64,000 bases of DNA from Monocercomonoides exilis PA203 (GCA_001643675.2 LSRY02000003.1:868001-932000); one strand, 5' to 3'; positions 34,801 through 48,039 are shown, counted from the first letter of the stretch. Made by a program: numbers and translations. The notes: generated by a model not told the origin, from the letters alone.

Positions 34801-37800
34801 CTTCTTTTATGTTGACTTCTCTATCTTCTTCTTCTTCGATTCTTTCGATGCATTCGATTGTGATTGAAGATACAAACGACGTTCAGATTGACAACTGCTC
34901 TTTCATTGGAACATCTTCACAACTTTCGATGAGTTCTTCACAGTTTTCTTCCTCTTCGTCCATTTCTTCATCTTTTCCTTCTTCATTAAATTGTTTCTCT
35001 TTCACCTCCTCTTCAACATCCGACTCGTTTTCCTGCAGCTGGAACGCCTCTCTTCTCCTCCTTCACAAGTCCTCTGCGTCCATCACGAACTCTTTCTTCA
35101 GTCATTCTGCTGCCGGCGCATTGGAAGTGCGCAATTCTTCTCTTCGCATCGAAAATGACTCCTTCATCGGCAATGCGCCTTCAAAAGACGAGCAATTTGT
35201 TCTTTCCGGAGGCAGAAATTACAGTTTCACACAAAATTATCCTTCTCTCCGCAGAAACATCAAATGCTCTGGCGGCAGTGCTCTGAATGTGGAAAGCATC
35301 AATGTTGAGGAAGAAGAAGAAAAAGAAAAAGAAAAAGTGACAAGCAGCTCTTCTCTTTGGATACTCGACGAAGGCTGCACTTTCAGTGGAGTGGAAGCAG
35401 AGCTTGCTTCGTCGTATTTTGTACCTTTTCTGTCAAATGTGACTGCAACTGAAGCGGAAGACGGGCTGATCTTGCTTTTTGCGGGATCTTTGCTTGTTCC
35501 ATGTAATCTCTCTTTTGAAGTCAGCTATGCTCATCACGATGATCGTGATGGTGATGATGATTATGATGTAATGACAGAAAGATACGAATTCACGAAATTT
35601 GTGTCTGAAACCAGTGCAGAAGGGTTTGTGCCTTCCTCTTCGTCGATTCTGACATCGCTGAAAGAGCACGCATCAGTCAAGGCAACAAAGGAAGATGATA
35701 AGGAGGAGGAATCACTTGATTTGGCTGACTTATCTTCTTCTTCTTCTTTTCGTTCGTTTTCTTCTTCTTCCTCATTTTCCTCCTCTTCTTCCTCTCCTTT
35801 GCCATTTCGAAGAACATTCCGTAAATCAGTTGCAACCGCCCATGTTTCTCTTCTCTTTGGCGATCGCTCTTTTCCAGACAAATCAGTTCCAGTTGCCCTT
35901 CAACTCGCACAAACACGCAAACTTGCTAAGCAAACGTTGATATTCGTCATCTGCAGTTCAATCATTTTTGTTCTGATTTTAGCAGCCATTTTGATTTTGT
36001 CCATTGTTATACTGCGAAGGCGGAAGAAACAGAGCCGAACAGTCGAAGTGATAATAAGCAGAGAAGCAATTTCTTCTTCTTCTTCTTCTTCTCCCTCTCC
36101 TTCTGCTTCTTCTCCTGCTTTGTCTTTAACTCTTTCTTATTCAGCGGGCAAAATGCTCAGCCGCTCTTATTCTGCACCAATTCTATCAGCAAAGCCAGTC
36201 AGCTTGCTCACACGCTCTCAGTCAGCAAATGCGAAACTGACTTCTTTGAGATCTTCTTCTTCCTCTTCCTATTCTTCTTCTTCTTCTTCTTCTAATTCGA
36301 ATTATAATTCTGCTTCTGCTGCAGCTTCTGTTTATGCCTACATCTTCTCCCCTTCTTCCTCTCTTAAACAGCTCAGTAACACCACACTTTCGCCTGCCGG
36401 CAAAACCGAAGTGAACGAGCCGCTTTCTGCAGGCACCAACTCTTCTTCACCTTTCTCGCAGCGGCTGTATCCTCTTCAGTACTTCAGCGCCAATGTCTCT
36501 CTGGACACCCCTTCTTCCTCTTCACATTCACACACAAACACTCACTCACATTCACATTCACATTCACAATCTCATTCGCAATCGCAATCTCGCTCCCACT
36601 CCCACTCTCACTCCCACTCCCACTCAACTCTTCCTCTCCCTCCTCCCCCGCCTCCTCTCTTCTCCTCTCTGAACTTCTCCAATCCGAGTGTCCAAGGCAA
36701 GCCGATGTTCCAGCTGCTACCCATCTTCACCAGCAGCGCACTTCAAAGCGACGAGTTTGAGAACAGCTGCTCAGTCCAGTTCGAAGACGCACGCACATTC
36801 CACTCCCACAGCTTCTGCCCTGATGAACGCTTGTCCACCATCCCTGTGTCTCTCGGGGCTTCTTCTATGACTCCTCTTTCAACATCTTCTTCTGCTGCTA
36901 CTTATGCTTATGCTTCTTCCACTTCGCCGGAGCAACCTCTTTCTTCGCTTGCTTCATCTAATTCACGGCCGCCTGATTATAAACCTTCTCCTCTTCCTCT
37001 TCCTCTTTATTCTTCTTCTCCTTCTCCTGCTCGTTCTCTTCCTCTTCCTCCACCTTCAAACAAGCCAGTAATTTTCCCTGTTACACCTTTGCTGTTTGAC
37101 CCAGCTTGCGAAAGCACTCAAATCACACCTCTGACAACTGCAACAACTTGCACTTCTTCATCTGCCTCTTCTTCTCCATCTCTTTCACAATCACCTTCTC
37201 CTTCTCCTTCAGCTGTTTCACCATCTTCGACATCATCTTCTACCTCCGTACGATCATCATCATCTTCTTCTTCTTCTTCTTTGGATTCATCTTCTCTAAC
37301 AAGCCCCAAACGCAATCGGCATCTACCCAGATCACGCACCCACTCCCATTCTCATTACCATCACACATCCATTTGCACAACACCACGAAAAGCACAAAGA
37401 ACACAAACAATTCAAAAGACACAGAAAACTCAAAAACCACAAAGCCGCAATGAACACAAAGAGCATTCTGTTTCATTCCCTTTGTATGCAACAACGTCCA
37501 TTTCACAAGCAGCGCATTCGCCCGAGCACGATCCAGAGCACGTCAGCCAGCCGTCTCCCTCTGCAGCCTCAAACATCCATCTTTCGTCGTGCAATTTCTC
37601 CTTCCGTGTTCCGTCGACATTCACATCTTTCCCTTCGAACTTCAATTCACTCGCGCCTTCTCCTTCGGCTTCTGTTCCCAGTTTGTCTGCGGCCGAGGAG
37701 TCTGACTCAATCGACTGTTCATCGTCTTCGTTTGCTGCCTCGTCGCTGGATGTTCATTGTCAAATGGCTGACAACCACGGAACAAACAAAAACGGAGTTA

Positions 37801-38024
37801 AAACCGTTCGGTCGCTGCCACGTGGAAGAATACGGTCTTGTTCGGTTGCTTCTTCGAATTTGTCCTCCTCAACTTCTTCAATTCTGTCTTCTGTTTCATC
37901 ATCATCATCTTCTTCTTCTTCTTCTTCTTCTGAATCATCATCATCAACTTCGCAATCTTCGTCTTCTTCTTCTTCAACAGCATCAGCATCTTCTTCTTCT
38001 TCTTCTTCTTCTTCGACAACTTAG
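29787..38024 (+). CDS. Large single-pass beta-helix surface protein (~2745 aa) with Ser/Pro/His-rich disordered tail
   Basis: Hydrophobic N-terminus, GGA/F..N repeats and DGGICGLLESPCRT module. Shares YPSLRRNI.CS, LWI.DEGC.F.G and LL.PCNLSF blocks with the 15338-24424 protein. TM LIFVICSSIIFVLILAAILILSIVIL followed by RRRKK. Confidence 0.85.
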
Positions 38025-39020
38025 TCAAAAAATCTTCTAATTTATGTATGTATTAAGCAACTACACGAGATTGCGCTGAACATTTTTCTGTTCAATTCAA
38101 AAATTGAACAGTTTTATAAAGCGATCTTATCTGAAGACTGTTCTGAGTGATATGATAAGATTGAAGAGTTAATCGACTTGCAAGAAAATGAATGCATTTG
38201 GATATTCAACAGTAGGAATGAAACATGAACGATTCTATAAATAATTCAAATCGTACGAGAATACGTCAGTATTCATTTATTACGCTTGTTGTGGTTTATC
38301 CAATGCATTTTTGAAAGATATTTTTTAAAGAATTAATTGTCAAAAATGAAATCAACTCAAATTATTTTTCAATTTGGTTATCTAGAATTGAGAAAAGTTT
38401 GATATATTTTTTGTTGCTTTGTTTTTTTGTGATGTGGAAATGAAACGATTCCAATTTTTTAAAGAAGAATAATTGTTTCATCATACGTTATGTTTATTAT
38501 TATTATATGAAATGTTTTCTTAGGAATATTTGATTTTCTACAATATTATAAACCTATTGAATGACACTTTTTTGTTGAAAATTGATTTGATATTATTTCA
38601 AATCTATCTTTTTTGAAATATTTCTATTTTTGTTTACATATTTTTCTTAACAATTTCATAGCTTGTATTATTATTGGAAAACTCTTTAAAAGTTATTGTT
38701 TCATCTTTATTTTCAATCTCTTGTTCATATTTTCCATGTATTTTTTAATTTCTTTCCTTTTTTTCTTGAATTGTAATAACATCAAAAAGAAAAAGTGGAA
38801 TTTATTTATTTATATTTTCCAAGATTTTCTTATTAAATAAAATTTTTATCAGTCACTAACGATATTTTATGTATTGAACTAACTTTTCTTTTTTTGAAAT
38901 GTTTTTTAATTTATTGACTCATACACTTCCTTTATTTATTATTTTATCTTTTAAGAAAAACAGTTAAAGTTTTTTTTATTGAAAGTTGAAAATATGAAAA
39001 TGGGGCGAAATTTTTTCATT

Positions 39021-40125
39021 TGGGACAATATTTTTTGCCTTATGAATTTTGTTCCATTCTTCTCTAACATATATTTTTCTCAATTTTTGAATTTTTCTAA
39101 AATTAATAAGGCATATGATAACTTTACGTAGTCGTTGAAATGTTCACAAAATTTTTAAACATTAATAAAACGTGATTTAATAGAATATGGGTGATTATTT
39201 TTGAAATCATATCTTTATTCGGGGTGTTGATTGTTCAAAGATTGTTTGTAATTGAAAAGAGCTTTTGAATTTAAATTGAAAAATTATAACAACTGTTTTA
39301 ATATTAAGTGAATCAGCTAAAATCAATATTCAAATGTCTTTATTGAGCCTTTTCACTCTTCAGTGATAATGAATTTATGTTCAAAGGAAATGCATGAACC
39401 GAAACTTTTGAACGAAAAAATTAGATTTCAAAAATTATCTCCCATATATAAAACACGTTTAGCATCGAATTTTTGGTTTTTAATCTTACATTTTTTTGAA
39501 AAAAAAACCTAGAATAAAGATAAATATTGTGGGAGCGATCAATTTTTGAAAAATTGAATAAACAGATATTTCGCATTTAGGTTGTGTATTTAATAACGCA
39601 TTTGATAAAACGAAAGATATGTTTATAAAATTAAAATAAAAAACAAGATTTAACTTTTAAGACTTCGGAATAATGAATTTTTTAAATTTTTATTTATCAA
39701 AATAAAAAATATTTTAGGTGTTTTTAATTAAAAATAAGTTGAAAAATATTAGAAATATTCTTAAATTTTCGAACCTATTTGTTTTTTATTTATCATTTAA
39801 TATACAACATAAATAAAAATATAGATTAAAAACATATTCTCATTGAATACGTTTAGTTATCATTAGCCATTAATAACATAATTTCGGTTGATTTATAATG
39901 AAAAGATTGAAGAAAAAGTTTGGAACAAATCTCAATTTTTTTCTAAGTTGCAAAATTTTTACCACATTTGTGAAAAAAATTGTGTTTTGTTCCAAACTTT
40001 TTCTCTATCTCATCAAAATAAGTCAAACATTCCCATGCACAATAATAAAGAAAATAAAAAAATTTGTAAAAAATGATAGACAGAATTGAGTGGAACAAAA
40101 TTCATTAAGCGAAAATTTCGTTCCA
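39021..40125. mobile_element. Putative ~1.1-kb non-autonomous TIR element
   Basis: TGGGACAATATTTTTTGCCTTATGAATTTTGTTCCA at the left is inverted to TGGAACAAAATTCATTAAGCGAAAATTTCGTTCCA at the right. The same motif occurs at 5065-5150. No clear TSD. Confidence 0.5.
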
Positions 40126-40152
40126 TATGGGAAGATCATTTTAACAACAAAT

Positions 40153-40365
40153 GGCTGATCCTTTTTGTCATTATTCCTTTGTTTGAGTTTTGATCAAAAT
40201 TTTGATCTCAATGGGATTTTTTTAATTAATATCTTTCTTCAATAACAACATCATGAACAATTAGTGTTCCCTATTTCAACCAATTTTTTTTTAAAAAAAA
40301 ATCCCTTTGAAAAAAAAATTTTGATCAAAACTCAAACGAAAGTTTGTTTTCAAAAAGGATTTGCT
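40153..40365. mobile_element. Foldback MITE, family A copy 2
   Basis: GGCTGATCCTTTTTG...TTTGAGTTTTGATCAAAATTTT is mirrored at 40300-40365. Similar to 14795-15001. Confidence 0.7.
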
Positions 40366-40512
40366 ATTAATTATTTTATTCTGAAAATTATTGGCAAAAA
40401 AAAATTGTCTTTATTCCATTGAAGCAAAAGTTCCTTGTTTTGTGGAATTTCAATTTGTTGATACTTTTGTTGTTTGAAAATATGAATTTTGTTTGTGATT
40501 TCTAAATGTCAA

Positions 40513-40743
40513 AAATTTTTCGAAAAGTTCCTTTTGATTAATTTTCGGTAAAATATGAAAACTTAATATTTCCATCAAATTCTCATTCAAACTCATCAGA
40601 ATTAACCAAAATGGAAATTTTAACATTGTCAAGCATTTATATCGATACTGGTGAATTCTTGTGAGTTGGTATGAGAATTTGATGGAAATATTAAGTTTTC
40701 ATATTTTCCTGACAATTAATCAAAAGGAACTTTTCGAAAAATT
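40513..40743. mobile_element. Foldback MITE, family B copy 1
   Basis: AATTTTTCGAAAAGTTCCTTTTGATTAATT has its reverse complement at the right end; arms ~90 bp. Related to 50802-51043. Confidence 0.72.
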
Positions 40744-41099
40744 ATCAACCAATCAAAATTTATTTATTGACAAATAAATTATGTGGAAAAAAATTGTCTC
40801 TTCTTCAATTGATTTTTTTCTTTTCAGTATTTCTCAAAAAGTGAAAAAAAAAGTGTATTCCATCTTTTTCAACTTTGAAGTTTTGAATGAATAAAACCAC
40901 ATATTTTATTCTTTATAAAAGCATTTTTCAACAAAATGGTTAAGGAATATGCAAAAAAGAATAAACAAGTGAAAAATAATTTGCATACAAAAAATTAGGA
41001 AGTTGCAATTTCTTTCTTTTCTGGAAAAAAGCATCTTGAACAACTTTGACAGTTTCGAAAAAAAAATACAATTTTTTTAAAATTGAATTATACACCAAA

Positions 41100-41280
41100 A
41101 ATTATTCAAATTGAGAATTTTTGCATTCAAAAAAATAAAATTTGCATTCAAAATAATAATTTTGCAAACAAAATGAGAACTTTTGCGTTCAAAATGGAAA
41201 TTTTGCAAACGAATTAATAAATTTTTCAAACGAAATAATAATTTTTGAATTCGAATTAATAGTTGTTGAAAACCTATCAA
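41100..41280. repeat. Degenerate tandem repeat, 20-21-bp period, about 8 units
   Basis: Units resemble ATTTTTGCA(TT/AA)C(A/G)AA(A/T)TAATA, with anchor C at 41128, 41149, 41169, 41190, 41210, 41231 and 41252. Confidence 0.7.
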
Positions 41281-42404
41281 AAATTTATTCGCACTCTCAC
41301 GAAATTTTGTGAAAATCATTTTTTCCCTTTTGAATCGGAAATAATTTTGTGTTGTCATTTTTTCTTGCTCGTGAAAAAAATTTTTGTAATTTTTGGGCAT
41401 AGGTATAAATTGTACCACTTTCATTTTGGATTTTTTCAAAATTTGAATATTTTATCGTTTATCTACACAATATAACTAAGCGATTCAAGGAGGGAAATTT
41501 CGAAATTCGATCAAAATTTATCTCTTAAAAATTATAATTTTCGGCACCTATAATTTTATATTTTTGATCACATTTTATTAAAATATCAATTTCTTGGTTT
41601 GCAAAGATCAAATAAATTTGTCGATTCAATGGAACAAGAAGAAATATAACGTTTAATGTTTGTAACGAAGAATTATTGTCTATATTATTTTGTATGTTGC
41701 TAATTTTTATAGTTTCGATTATTTCGTTATTCACAAGTTTTAGCGTTATATAAGTTTTCGCTTTTGATGAATTGAATATAAAAACTTAATTGAAAGGAAT
41801 TTACATGTTTGATTAATGATTATTAATGTTAATTATGAGATTATTATTGGTATATAATCATTGTTGATTTATAAACTCTTTTTGAAACGGATTCGTTGGA
41901 ACTGGTATGAAATTCCATTTTTGAAAGGAGGAAGGAAAAGTTGGAAAGGAGCAGATGTGTATGTTAGTTGAGATTGAGGAGCAGTTGAATTTTTGGAAAG
42001 GTGAGAAAAGAAGAGGGAGATGGGGAACATTGAGGATGACGAAGCTTGTTGGAAAGAGAGAAGGAAGGTGAAGGAAATGGATCGTAAGAATTATGCTATG
42101 AACAGAGGCGATGGAACTGTCTTCGAAAATTCATAGAACATTGTTTTGTGATGTTTTTGTTTCGGATCTAGTTACGAATTTGTGAAAGTTCATTTTGAAT
42201 GAAAACATTAATTCTAACATTTTGTCATTTTAAAAGTATTCTTTTTTAGAAAAATGGAAATAAAAAGTTCAATAAATGAGCAAAGAATATTAATTAAAAG
42301 AAAAAAAGCACTTTTCGTTTTAGCAACAGCTTTTTCCAGGATCAGGTTTTGACTACGGTTCCCTTTAAGTTGGCAACTCAATCTTTGAGGAGATGCAAAT
42401 AAAT

Positions 42405-42844
42405 TGACCTTTTTTATCTCCACATCAATCATCTTTAACTGACTCAGCACCACTTCAAACACACACTTCGTCATTCCACTCCATCCTGATGTCGAAGAAT
42501 TGATCAAAATATCCTCCAGCGAAAGAGTCCCGCTCACCAGTGACACCATAAACACGCTTGGTGATGAGCTCCTTGTCGCGTTGTGATCAATCCCCACATG
42601 CCCCACATCCAGTTGACCAGAAGATATGCTGAACAACGATGTCAAAGAGGTAGAAAGCGCACTTGTCCCAATCACACTCACTGTCTTCCCTCTCCCGGTT
42701 ATTATTATCTTCTTATCCCTTACATTTATTGTTGTCCCTTCGCTCTCATGCTTCCCACTCAGCACTGTGATCGAAGAGCTCAGCTGCACCATGCTCGACT
42801 CCACCGCATGCCCCACCGTCTTGCAAGGTGCTGCCTAACTCATC
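42405..42844 (-). pseudogene. Fragment of a beta-helix surface-protein family gene, cut by the Merlin left end
   Basis: MS*AAPCKTVGHAVESS...KIIITGRGKTVSVI resembles the LSPCATIEYAL...KITGSGTTATTI module of the 15338-24424 protein. In-frame stop; upstream part missing. Confidence 0.75.
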
Positions 42845-43078
42845 GGCAAGTTACAAGTATATGGACCATGGATAAAATATTTTTTATATATTTATAACGA
42901 ACAAAATGGAATTTTAATTTATTTAAAATAAGTTATTTTTGTCGAAAAAGTGTTTTTAACAATTTTCCATTTTTCTTTTGATCAATCCCATAACATTTTC
43001 TTGTTTTTAACAGGTTTGAAATTTTTGTTTATTCGTTATTTGTGAGGATTTTGTCAAAAACCATTTGATTTTAGTTAT

Positions 43079-43971
43079 ATGCCAATTTTTCGTGATTCAA
43101 AAAAGGATATTTCTACGCTGATGAAATCCTTTTCAAACGAAGGGAAAACAATTGAATTGTTGTTATTGCACAGATTATTACCAGCAGCAAACATGTGCAC
43201 AAAATGCAAAAAGATACCAAGAATCATTTATTGTGCGAAAAATATCGTTAAATGCAAGTGCAAATGTCAAATTCTTTCAATCAGACACAATTCAATTTTT
43301 TCGAATTCGAAATTATTGATTTCCACTTATATGAAAATCATGCTGCTATGGTGGATTAATGTTGATGTGATGCGCACATCTTTTTTGACTGGAGCCAGCT
43401 GCAACACTATTTGCATTCTTTTTAATCTATTTCGCAAGGCAGCACATGAAATGATTAAAGGAAAAAACAGAAGAATTGGAGGAAATAATTACACTGTTCA
43501 AGTCGACGAAATGTTACTAAGAAGAAGAAAATATCGGAAAGAAAACCAAAAAAACAAATTTGGATAGTGTGTGGAATTGAATCAAATATCAAAAATCCCA
43601 TATCTTTTTTAAAAAATGTGGACGATAGATCATTAATATGTTTGACCGGAGTATTAAGAAGGCATATTCATGCTGGGACGACTGTGTGGAGTGATGAATG
43701 GAGAGGATACAGCAAAATAAAAAAAGAAGGGTTCAAACATTTGACAGTCAATCATAAAAAATGCTTCAAGGATAAAAAAACAAACTGCTGTACAAACGCA
43801 ATTGAAGCCTATTGGAGTCGTCTTCGCCGTTTTCTGCCTTGCACAGGTATACAAGACAAAGACATCTCTTCATATTTATCCTCGTTTTCATACAAAACAA
43901 GCACTCATCACAGATTTTGGGATTTTTGCGTTTCTTTTTCTAATTTGTTTTTGAAACATATCATCCATTAA
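43079..43971 (+). pseudogene. Merlin/ISXO2-type DDE transposase split by one -1 frameshift
   Basis: N-terminal CxxC..C zinc finger, VQVDE..RRKY, WIVCGIE, GTTVWSDEWRGY, HLTVNH and TNAIEAYWSRLR. Frame changes near 43541-43555. Confidence 0.9.
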
Positions 43972-44001
43972 ACATTTGATTAAACAATATGAAGTTTATT
44001 A

Positions 44002-45836
44002 TTATTTTTTTAACATTGAAAAGATGAACAAAGAGAAATGACTTGAAGAAGGTTGGATGAATGATTTGAAATACAAAAATTGAAAAGAAAAATGTTTCAA
44101 AAAAAGGATGGTGATGTAATATTTTTCCTTGAGAATACGATCTTCTTTTATGTTGGTTAATAAAGAGGAGTGAGTAACATATGAAGAGGATAATGAGAAG
44201 GAAGAGTTAGAAGAGGGAGAAGATGAAGAAGATGAAGAAGAAGAGGAGGAGGAAGAGGAGGAAGAGGAGGAAGAGGAGGAAGAGGAGGAAGAGGAAGATA
44301 AGGAAGAAGATGAAGAAGATGAAGGAGATGAAGAAGAAGAGGAGGAGGAAGAGGAAGAAGATGAAGAAGAGGAGGAGGAAGAAGAGGAGGAGGAAGAGGA
44401 AGAAGATGAAGAAGAAGAGGAGGAGGAAGAGGAAGAGGAAGAGGAAGAGGAAGAGGAAGAGGAAGGACGAGATGAAATGCGTTGTGTCACTGAAGATGAC
44501 AATATCGACGATGTTGATTGATTTGTGGATGATGTGAATGAAGATGTTGTGTTTGAGACATCAACAGGCTGAAGAGGAGACGAAGAAGAGGCAGAATAGA
44601 GGCGAATGCTACGAGATGTAGTTTGTGGTGAAGAGAAACAAGAAGACGAAATAGAAACAGAAGAAGTAGAAGAAGAAGGAGATGAATGTGTCCTTACAGA
44701 TTGCAGAGGAAGATGAGGAACATGTGGAGAGCTGCCTGATGAAGCAGGGCGGATATTTGAATGATGGATGGAAGAAGAAGAAGAAGGTGAAGAAAAATAG
44801 AAGATGCCAGCTTTTCCAATTCATGTAGCGAGATAGAAAAAACTGAATGCGTTCTGAATGAGAATGCACAACTAGCTCATCGGATTCGACAAATGAGTCG
44901 CTTCTTCAAAGCATTCTCAACAAATATACCAAACAGACTGCAATTTCTCTTTCGAGCTCATGTAAAGCATTGATAGGCTATGCATCATACAAGACATATG
45001 GCTGAGGTCACGAATGCCATCGTTGAATGCGATGCAAACAAGAATAATCTCAAAACTTCTGGCTCTTCTGAAAAAGGATAAAAAGGCTTCATTCAATGGT
45101 ATTCCTGTTCGTAACCAATTTGCATTTATTCAAAGAACACCTAAAAAGAAAAATGAACAAAACAAAAAAAGTCAAACCATCTTTTTTGGACATGAAATAT
45201 TTTTCCATCTCCAAGGGATTGGTAATTATAGGTCCAACTGGCTTTCTTTTTCTTAAAATCCATTGTGAAGCCAGTCATGATTTCAAATGAAAACACACAT
45301 CCTCCAAATTAACTCCTTTTCAAAGCCCAAATCAGTGTCATGTCTTCGCTGATGACTTTCCAACGGGTTTCGCGTAAATTGCAATGCGTTTGTTGAAAAG
45401 GCCTGCTGAGTGCTTCGTTCAACTCGCTTCCTCCATTGTTCAATCCACCAATTCCCTTTCCTCTTCCACAAAACCAACCTTCCACCAAAAATCACGCAAA
45501 GCAAGTCATGCACAAATGATATGCCAAGTGCACTGCACTTCCCTCGAAATAAACAATCAATGCAATTCAATCTTTCAGAAACATTCTTCTCGCTTTTTCT
45601 GCATCTTGCTTTATTCATTTTTCATTCAATATATCACAGCCAATGTCGCACCATATGTTTTGCGATACATAGCCAAGTTCAAATTTCATGCTGGTTTTCT
45701 CCACCAATTCACTTTTCGCAAGCAATCGACGCAAACAGCCACTCGCTCCTCCATCTGCATGTGAAATCTCTGTCCTTCTGCAGTGCTATGACTCGCATGG
45801 GTGCATCTGTGGCTGTGGCCTAAGCAGCTCAAACAT
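44002..45836 (-). pseudogene. Decayed intron-containing orphan gene with poly-Ser C-terminus (Merlin cargo)
   Basis: Readable frame from ATG 45836 with multiple stops, a probable intron at 45141-45177 and a frameshift near it. Continues into the poly-Ser ORF 44002-44502. Confidence 0.5.
44215..44470 (+). repeat. (GAR)n polypurine tract
   Basis: ~250 bp of GAA/GAG triplets with occasional GAT; reads as poly-Ser on the minus strand. Confidence 0.9.
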
Positions 45837-46220
45837 GTTCTGGCTGCAGCAAATAATTTATCAAAAATCTTCACTTATAAAATTATAGGTTTGCCACCCT
45901 TATTAATTTACTCCAACAAAAGAATATTTTTTAATATAAAGATTTGTTTGTTCTGACGCAAAAATAATAGATGGCAAAAGAGGTTTCGAATCCATTGTTA
46001 TTTAAATATTTATGATTTTGTGTTTTTAATTTTTTCTTTTTGCGAATGTTCAACGAATATTTCGAAAAAGAATTTATTAACTGTTATAAAATAATGTTGC
46101 GATTTCGCAGTTTCTTTATAACAAAATAATATTTCTGGGTATGCCAGAATTTATAAGAAACGAATGATAAAATGAATAAATGCTTCTTTTTTCTTTTTTG
46201 ATTTTTCAATTTTTTCAGAG

Positions 46221-47530
46221 AAACTTTCCAATTGGAACAATTCACTGGAGCCTAGAAGAAACAGAAAACAGAGGAAATGAATGAAATAGTTGATGTAATG
46301 AATTTTTATGGACTCGTATCCATTATCAACGAAGAAACATTCAACAAAATGGACAAATTGATTGAAGATAAGAAACTGTCTTTGGAGAATGTCATTTTGT
46401 TGCTGAAGCATATAGGATATTACAATGTGCTGAAAAGTATTTATCTTTATGGATTAAGAAGATCTTCGTTGAGCGATAGATTAAAAAAGATGATTATCGA
46501 TGAAGATAAGAAAAAAAGAGGAAAAAAGAGAAAATATTTATTCAGATCTTTGTGAATGTTATATGTCCTATCGTTTCATCTTCAAAACTGAAATGCTTCA
46601 CATTTGTGTGCGATGCGATCTGAAAGTAACATTGAAGAAAGAAGAAAAGGAGGAGGTTCAAAAGGATGTGGAAATGGCTTTATTGACTTTCAGGAACATT
46701 GACAATTATTCCGTGTGTGCAAGTCTATTTCATTTTTTTCATTATTGATTTATTTCATGTTTTTATTAGGTTGTGATTGAAGAGGTTAATATGAAGGAAA
46801 TGACGGAAATTTTGAAATTTAATCAGGAATATTACAACCTGACTCAACTCACCTATTACTTTGCTTGGGTTTTTTGTTACACAGATTTTACAACGACAAA
46901 AGCTTTGATGAAGTTAGCACAAATGAATTGCATTTTGCGAGAGAAGCAAGAAGGGAAATCGAAGATCTGTCAAAGCGTGTGGACTGGAAGAATAAAAAAG
47001 AGGAAATGAACAAAGAAGAAGCGAAAGAAGAATTTTCATTGATGAAATGGGTCGAAACATTAAAGATTTATTTTGACATTTGTCGAGTGAAGAATGAAGA
47101 AAATGTTAAGCTAATCAATAGCATTGTTCAGGTATATCGAGCAGCAAAAGGGAATAATGGAGTAATTTGCTTTCACTGCATTCACTCCTTGAAAAACGCA
47201 GCAAAAAATAGAGTTGTGAAAGTTGAAGATTTATGGAAAGGAGGAGCAGTTAATACTGTTTTGGAGGAGATGCAGCGGCAAACATTGAATGACAAAATTG
47301 CGTATAATGGATTTATTTTTTTCATAAATGTTTCAATTAAAATGAAAGAAAAGACGGTTAAAAAAAAGGAAAAAGTTAAAAGAAAGACATCCAAAAAGAA
47401 GATATATAATGAATGGAAGAAGAAGGATACGAAGATATCACCACAAGCTTTCATGAAGCTTAAGGGTTTTTTAAAAGTTATTATGATTGTGGTTTATCGT
47501 TGAATGTTTGTGATTATTTCGCGAATATCT
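46221..47530 (+). pseudogene. Frameshifted member of a Glu/Lys-rich helical multigene family (Merlin cargo)
   Basis: Consecutive ORF pieces in different frames (46277-46555, 46500-46748, 46773-47009, 46865-47503). The C-terminal part is homologous to the inverted fragment at 48040-48430. Confidence 0.7.
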
Positions 47531-48039
47531 GAAAAAATCAGATGCATTTCACTTTGTAACTCAAAAATCAGCAGAGCTGTGAAATAACTAACCTGTTTTC
47601 CTAATTCTCCATTATTTCGAAATGACAATTTCAGATTTGAAAGCAGAGATGCTTATTATTGAAAGTGTTTTGGATTTTTTTGTTGTTTTTTAGTTGCTTT
47701 TGTGAAAAATTTTTCATTTTATTTTATTATTTTATTCTTTCTCAAAATTAATAAAAAAATACAACAAATTTGATTCTTTTCCTGTTGATTTTACTTATCT
47801 CTTATTATAAATTATATACTTTAAAACAAATGTTCATCTTTCTTGAAAAGTATTGGTATTCTTTGAAAAAGCACTTTTATCTAATTTTGCAAATTAGAAT
47901 TCCTTTGTTTCCAGAACAAATGAGTTTTCTGCACGAAATATCATTAAAAAAGATCAAGTGAATGTTAATGCAGATAAATTATAAATACACAAAATAATAT
48001 GGATAGTCATTTATCAATTGTAATTCTCCATAAAAACCG

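Noticed and set aside
41100-41280. CRISPR-like array
   Set aside because: Units are contiguous and degenerate with no unique spacers; no cas genes; eukaryotic context.
43079-43971. Bacterial IS1595 insertion or contamination
   Set aside because: Long TIRs, AT content matching the host and intron-containing neighbours fit eukaryotic Merlin.
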